DNA from: Candidatus Shapirobacteria bacterium
Lineage (GTDB): Bacteria; Patescibacteriota; Microgenomatia; UBA12405
Direction of reading: 5' to 3'
Assembly (NCBI GenBank): GCA_030698565.1
Contig: JAUYJS010000003.1
Location: 142,187 to 186,566 of the forward strand
Length of the DNA stretch: 44,380 nt
The position numbers and the translations under genes were made by a program. Below are positions 42,301 to 44,380 of the stretch, piece by piece; position 1 is the first letter of the stretch; each line of letters opens with the position of its first letter. The notes beneath the pieces were generated by a model that did no database searches, was not told the DNA's origin, and saw nothing but the letters and a program-made list of their open reading frames with translations.

Positions 42301-44380
42301 CGCTTATGGCAACAGCAGTATCACAAAGCACATATTCCAAGCAGGCTCTGTCGGCATTGGCACCACCAACCCCACCTCCAAACTTCATGTTGTTGGTAAT
42401 GGTAATATCACTACTAATTTAACTGTTGGTGGTACTCTCACTTTTACTGGTGTTAATGTGGGTACTGGTACTACTGCTCTCTTTGTTGATGGTTCAGGTA
42501 TTGTGACTAAAAGAGCTTTGGGTGATCTTGCTTTCCAAGATACCACTGATTTAGGCTGGGTGGCTTTTGGCTCTTCAGCTCAAACTGTTGGCATTGGTAC
42601 CACTCAATACTTTACTGGTATTAATGGTTTGACTACTACTTCAGTTGGTACAACTCAAATTACTTTTAAATTAGGTGGAGCCCTGACCGAAGCTACTAGA
42701 CTTAATATTGGCTCGACTGAAGTTATGTATTTTTCCACTGCTGGCAATGTTGGGATTGGAACCACAGGGCCAGATCAAAAGTTAGTTGTAAATGGCGGAT
42801 TAGTTAAGTCAACAAATGTGGGCACACTGGGATTTGTTGCAGATTATACCGGAGGAAAAGCAGCCGCCCTAACTGCCGGAACTTTACGAGCAGCTTTTTT
42901 GTACGATGATTCTGGTTCATTTTCAATTCAAAAAACTCCAAGAGCGAGTGTTTTAACAGGTACAGCAAATGCATCAAACAGTGTCTTTGAAATAGACTCT
43001 TCCGGCAACGTCGGCATTGGCACCACCAATCCAGGCACCAAATTAGATATACTTCAAATTGGCAATACTAATCAATTTAGAACATACACTACAGGCAATA
43101 CCATTGCAGCTCGTACCTATTCCACGACTGATGGATTCGGATTAATTATAAATTCATATCAATCACAAACTGGTGGTGCTCCTTATTTAAGAACCAACGA
43201 TATCGTCGCTTCTACTGGAGATGCATCAGGATCGCAACTCAGGTTTTTTACGAAACCAGCAAGTGGAAATCCAGCAGCAAATATGGTGATAGACAAAGAT
43301 GGCAATGTCGGCATCGGCACCACCGCCCCAATTGCTACCACCTGGGACGTTCCTCAGGCCGCAGCAACATCAATAAAATTGGATCTAAGTGGAGGAAGTT
43401 ATCACGTTACCAATAGCGGTGGACTCTATATTGGAGATGAAGCAACAAATGATATCGGAGGAGCTCATTTTAGCTATGATCAGACCCTAAATAATATTTA
43501 CATCTATGGAATTAAACAGGGTGTTGCAGCTGCAAATACTATATTCCGATCTGGCAACATCGGCATCGGTACCACCAATCCCCTTTATCAACTTCACACC
43601 ACTGGTGTAGCTTTGATTGGTACTAAGCTTGGGATTGGAGCAACGTCAGCTTCTACTTTTAATGTTGTTGGTAATGGTAATATCACTACCTCTTTGTCTG
43701 TTGGTACTTCCCTATCTGTCACTGGTAATGCCTCTATTGGTGGGACTGCTTCAGCTCCTGTATTTTCTGCTTCTTCTCGCTTTTTAACTGCTAATGGTAC
43801 TGTTTCTGTTCCTTCTTACTCCTTTACCAATAGTCTTAATACTGGTCTCTACTTACCTTCTACTGCTGTCTTAGCTATTGGTACTTCTGGGGTGGAGAGA
43901 TTAAGGATTAGTGCTAATGGCAATGTCGGGATTGGGACGACGGGACCTATTTCACTACTTCATGTTTATCAAAATAATGCTGATGTGGGTGTCAGCTCTG
44001 GAATAACTATTGAACAAGACGGTACAGGTGCTTCTATACTTCAATTTTTATTAACAGGAAATTATAGATATACAATGGGTGTTGGTACTAGTGCTAGTGG
44101 TGCTAAATTTCAAATTGGAAGAGGAATTGGTTGGGCAACAGGAATCGATATTACACTTGATCATTCAGGCAACGTCGGCATCGGCACCACCAACCCTACC
44201 TACAAACTTCATATTGTTGGTAATGGTAATATCACTACCAATCTTTCTGTCGGTGGCACTCTCACCTTTACTGGGGTTAATGTGGGTACTGGTACTACTG
44301 CTCTCTTTGTTGATGGTTCAGGTATTGTGACTAAAAGAGCTTTGGGTGATTTAGCTTTTCAAGATACCACTGATTTAGGC
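36314..44380 (+). CDS. Giant membrane-anchored fibre protein, 3'-partial (>2689 codons): SAM-like module, TM helix, about 20 GNVGIGTTNP..KL tail-fibre-type repeats, one YadA/Hep_Hag-like repeat block
   Basis: Hand translation from ATG 36314 stays open with the motif in frame at every point checked, including 37654, 38459, 39728, 41303 and 44168. No ORF of 60 aa or more in this frame appears in the track, as expected if ORFs lacking a stop inside the window were omitted. TM is YLIIASLIIIASGLLYGLY. Confidence 0.8.
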   Translation, partial: MNLKFNQSQFDQYAAFLKSTDASPASIQRKLSSLASFQKFLIKKKYISPPVRAIHESPVHSITSKKFFIPFSKYLIIASLIIIASGLLYGLYTQTILKAQKNLAYSTIASPARPGRSLSFQGRLTDSSGNPISSSTGIIFRLYDTAAVGTGTSLYSSDIGNSQTVTPDENGIFSVVIGTTHGTEISESVFSENTAVYLEITAGSETMSPRQQIATVAYALNAETLQGLPPSASGLKDTVMVIDALGNLNLGETSPTIKSVSGTFAIEGQSLLLKASDGSGGNIEINPDAAGIIKLTTEGVGTTVQGFISATNANLTTGNLYEGVINNTNRNYNFLEFKNYDVGTSTIASRFTVTAGGNVTAGGNLSVGIGITSPKITLTTGANNGYLLQSDANGTASWVSASGIGGTYTAGNGLTLSGSQFKLGGALTEATRLNIGSTEVMYLSTAGNVGIGVTNPIEKLHITGNILQSKSSDSAGGAGIYLGSDTGRNWGLRKSTTGNNFNIDYYNSSWNTALSILNSNGNIGIGTTNPLSKLYISDVGFTGNFLTINDGSSDLVNISSVQSTFNNPTSFTSAGDVSIAYDLNFTNPTASYIKSSAPIYLQSGESFNSSDLILRTFNAGDIVLDAAGGVTLAQAQNWNLATSTTALNVQSGLLNLDTTNGRVGIGTTSPEAALDIKNVLTLDKTGSASVILNATAGGWFYFQRAGNNELTINNLGNVGIGTANPLYKLEVNGSLLATTIGAGATDPNYSLYTNGKFGVGSTAYFASYVGIGTTSPGAKLEINSAANGSGYGLKINTNTRTTGEGYIWLGDATTPDFYINTTGNVGIGTTNPTHLLQVSKTTTGDDYGIKVITDGVSYDTGILIGRSAVNGAGIRMVTGTTDYLGFMVSGSTLPAFTTTAQMVLNESGNVGIGTTNPGYKLEVNGSLLATTIGAGATDPNYSLYTNSKFGVGSTAYFASYVGIGTTGPTEKLDVSGSVNATDIKISTQSLDARYKNLDVVKSQISEITGTGYSTNYGTSFGYPDWGNLSSLLPNGTVISYGGRGKVSQVGDRVIMFVYRDDWSWSSSVYLSDDGQTSYGTFRYTTATVGGNAGSPLYAGVWNQPEDGNYGTIYAKDIILVKERVAFGSSFEPNTTFMVGNVGIGTTNPTSKLHVVGNGNITTNLSVGGTLTFTGVNVGTGTTALFVDGSDIVTKRALGDLAFLNNTSLGWVAFGSAAQTVATGTTLSFTGTNGLTTTSVGTTQITFGLGGTLTANTSIGTSSFSLSFLGLGNTQSLYIASSGNVGIGTTNPVTKLDIVGGIRMTANNSIQFGSTSTSIISDDGGDKIKLSGYSGLTFYSAVNTADHIFTNNQTGELMRIKGTGLVGIGTTNPLYTLQVGGTGTLGIGGTAYFASYVGIGTTGPSQKLEVAGSIVIAKDSAYRSNDASGNDRWLMGVAGASGSEYTQFSIPSTGGYLRFTDLNANELVRITTAGSVGIGTTNPLFKLDVNGNANIATNLNVGVGLTSPKITLTTGANNGYLLQSDANGTATWVSASGIGGTYTATNGLTKTGSAFGLGGTLTQNTSIGTSSFSLSFLGLGNTQSLYIASSGNVGIGTTNPGAKLEVSGATTLRGGDLLVGGAGWDLLRVDVTGTDEGTHILTRGLTIGNAYTSIEPADGVLLVSGNLGIATTNPTNLLQVNTDTAGKGFLLYDDVSGRNIASLTRGSSSNDPGMLQLYNAGSETIRFNGESGTTSWINNGGLVGIGTTAPKYKLEVSGSLLATTIGAGATDPNYSLYTNGKFGVGSTAYFASYVGIGTTNPTQKLDLVGSMKLENTTTSTTGVIYKGTDRFIHNFQHPTGGGAVPDGYNTFVGVNSGNFTMGSSATVASHGSRNSALGQGTLQLNTTGYQNSVVGASALNSNTTGYSNSALGVSALQINNTGYQNSAVGTLALYSNTTGYSNSALGVNAGRYITGNAANETSNTSLYLGTSTKALADGGSNEIVIGYNTTGFGSNSAAYGNSSITKHIFQAGSVGIGTTNPTSKLHVVGNGNITTNLTVGGTLTFTGVNVGTGTTALFVDGSGIVTKRALGDLAFQDTTDLGWVAFGSSAQTVGIGTTQYFTGINGLTTTSVGTTQITFKLGGALTEATRLNIGSTEVMYFSTAGNVGIGTTGPDQKLVVNGGLVKSTNVGTLGFVADYTGGKAAALTAGTLRAAFLYDDSGSFSIQKTPRASVLTGTANASNSVFEIDSSGNVGIGTTNPGTKLDILQIGNTNQFRTYTTGNTIAARTYSTTDGFGLIINSYQSQTGGAPYLRTNDIVASTGDASGSQLRFFTKPASGNPAANMVIDKDGNVGIGTTAPIATTWDVPQAAATSIKLDLSGGSYHVTNSGGLYIGDEATNDIGGAHFSYDQTLNNIYIYGIKQGVAAANTIFRSGNIGIGTTNPLYQLHTTGVALIGTKLGIGATSASTFNVVGNGNITTSLSVGTSLSVTGNASIGGTASAPVFSASSRFLTANGTVSVPSYSFTNSLNTGLYLPSTAVLAIGTSGVERLRISANGNVGIGTTGPISLLHVYQNNADVGVSSGITIEQDGTGASILQFLLTGNYRYTMGVGTSASGAKFQIGRGIGWATGIDITLDHSGNVGIGTTNPTYKLHIVGNGNITTNLSVGGTLTFTGVNVGTGTTALFVDGSGIVTKRALGDLAFQDTTDLG
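36464..36491. repeat. Family A palindrome variant GTACGGGCGATTCATGAATCGCCCGTAC, in-frame in the giant ORF
   Basis: Translated VRAIHESPVH between the SAM-like module and the TM helix. Both arms carry compensatory changes, so the stem is preserved. Confidence 0.85.
37428..37675 (+). repeat. Intragenic repeat blocks reused at 40826-41105 and 42668-42765
   Basis: SPKITLTTGANNGYLLQSDANGTA.WVSASGIGGTYTA.NGLT recurs at 40826. KLGGALTEATRLNIGSTEVMY.STAGNVGIG recurs at 42668. The SSFSLSFLGLGNTQSLYIASSGNVGIG block occurs at 40066-40180 and 40990-41105. Confidence 0.75.
38492..38636 (+). repeat. About 145-nt intragenic repeat; copies at 39068-39210 and 41564-41708, partial copy near 40437-40520
   Basis: YKLEVNGSLLATTIGAGATDPNYSLYTN.KFGVGSTAYFASYVGIGTT, with high nucleotide identity. 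Confidence 0.8.
39728..40063 (+). repeat. About 335-nt intragenic super-repeat; further copies at 42344-42678 and 44168-44380 (cut by the window end)
   Basis: Near-identical DNA encoding GNVGIGTTNPTSKLHVVGNGNITTNL.VGGTLTFTGVNVGTGTTALFVDGS.IVTKRALGDLAF. Confidence 0.8.
41900..42330 (+). repeat. Degenerate 14-15-aa tandem repeats of YadA-head/Hep_Hag style within the giant ORF
   Basis: NSALGQGTLQLNTTGYQNSVVGASALNSNTTGYSNSALGVSALQINNTGYQNSAVGTLALYSNTTGYSNSALG. Confidence 0.6.

Noticed and set aside
36314-44380. Short plus-frame and antisense ORFs in the track (37335, 38463, 39095, 39637, 40328, 40573, 41010, 41534, 41544, 44079), and similar ones inside G1, G2 and leuS
   Set aside because: They are shadow ORFs of long repetitive coding frames, with low-complexity L/V/P-rich translations. 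The true frame carries the conserved GNVGIGTTNP or LamG motifs.
35783-44380. Prophage or integrated phage, suggested by integrase-like and tail-fibre-like sequence
   Set aside because: The integrase-like part has only core-binding modules and no catalytic domain. The fibre has a TM anchor, and no capsid, portal, terminase or baseplate genes are visible. This fits a cellular surface protein better.

Overview
Visibly AT-rich bacterial window whose gene content and style suggest a CPR/Patescibacteria-like (Microgenomates-type) genome; that assignment is inference only. All repeat coordinates were hand-counted, so expect +/-2 nt.

Layout:
- 1-14.2 kb, housekeeping: murB, a TagA/WecG-like glycosyltransferase, mreB, a PEGA protein, tRNA-Pro(CGG), tRNA-Arg(CCU), an M16 peptidase, leuS, a class-A beta-lactamase-like hydrolase, comEC split into two ORFs, and comEA.
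- 14.2-19.9 kb: a six-gene operon of secreted or membrane-anchored surface proteins.
- 19.9-34.8 kb, accessory island bracketed by two inverted small Big_1-like genes. It holds two paralogous ~1760-aa proteins (TM anchor, DUF2341, fibrinogen-like domain, 6x LamG), three Gp49/HigB-type toxin plus XRE-antitoxin modules (two toxins decayed), and an NYN-domain gene.
- 35.8 kb to window end: a protein made only of tyrosine-recombinase N-terminal SAM-like modules. Two in-frame stops later comes a >2689-codon tail-fibre-like ORF that runs off the window and is absent from the supplied ORF track.

The most striking signal is a superfamily of about 35 GC-rich hairpin repeats that share GTAG...CTAC termini (REP/REPIN-like architecture). 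They form ordered arrays behind the island genes. They are also written in-frame into coding sequence, including essential genes: four in leuS, one in comEA, one supplying the C-terminal tail and stop of a surface gene, one in the SAM-like gene and one in the giant fibre gene. This recalls Rickettsia palindromic elements.
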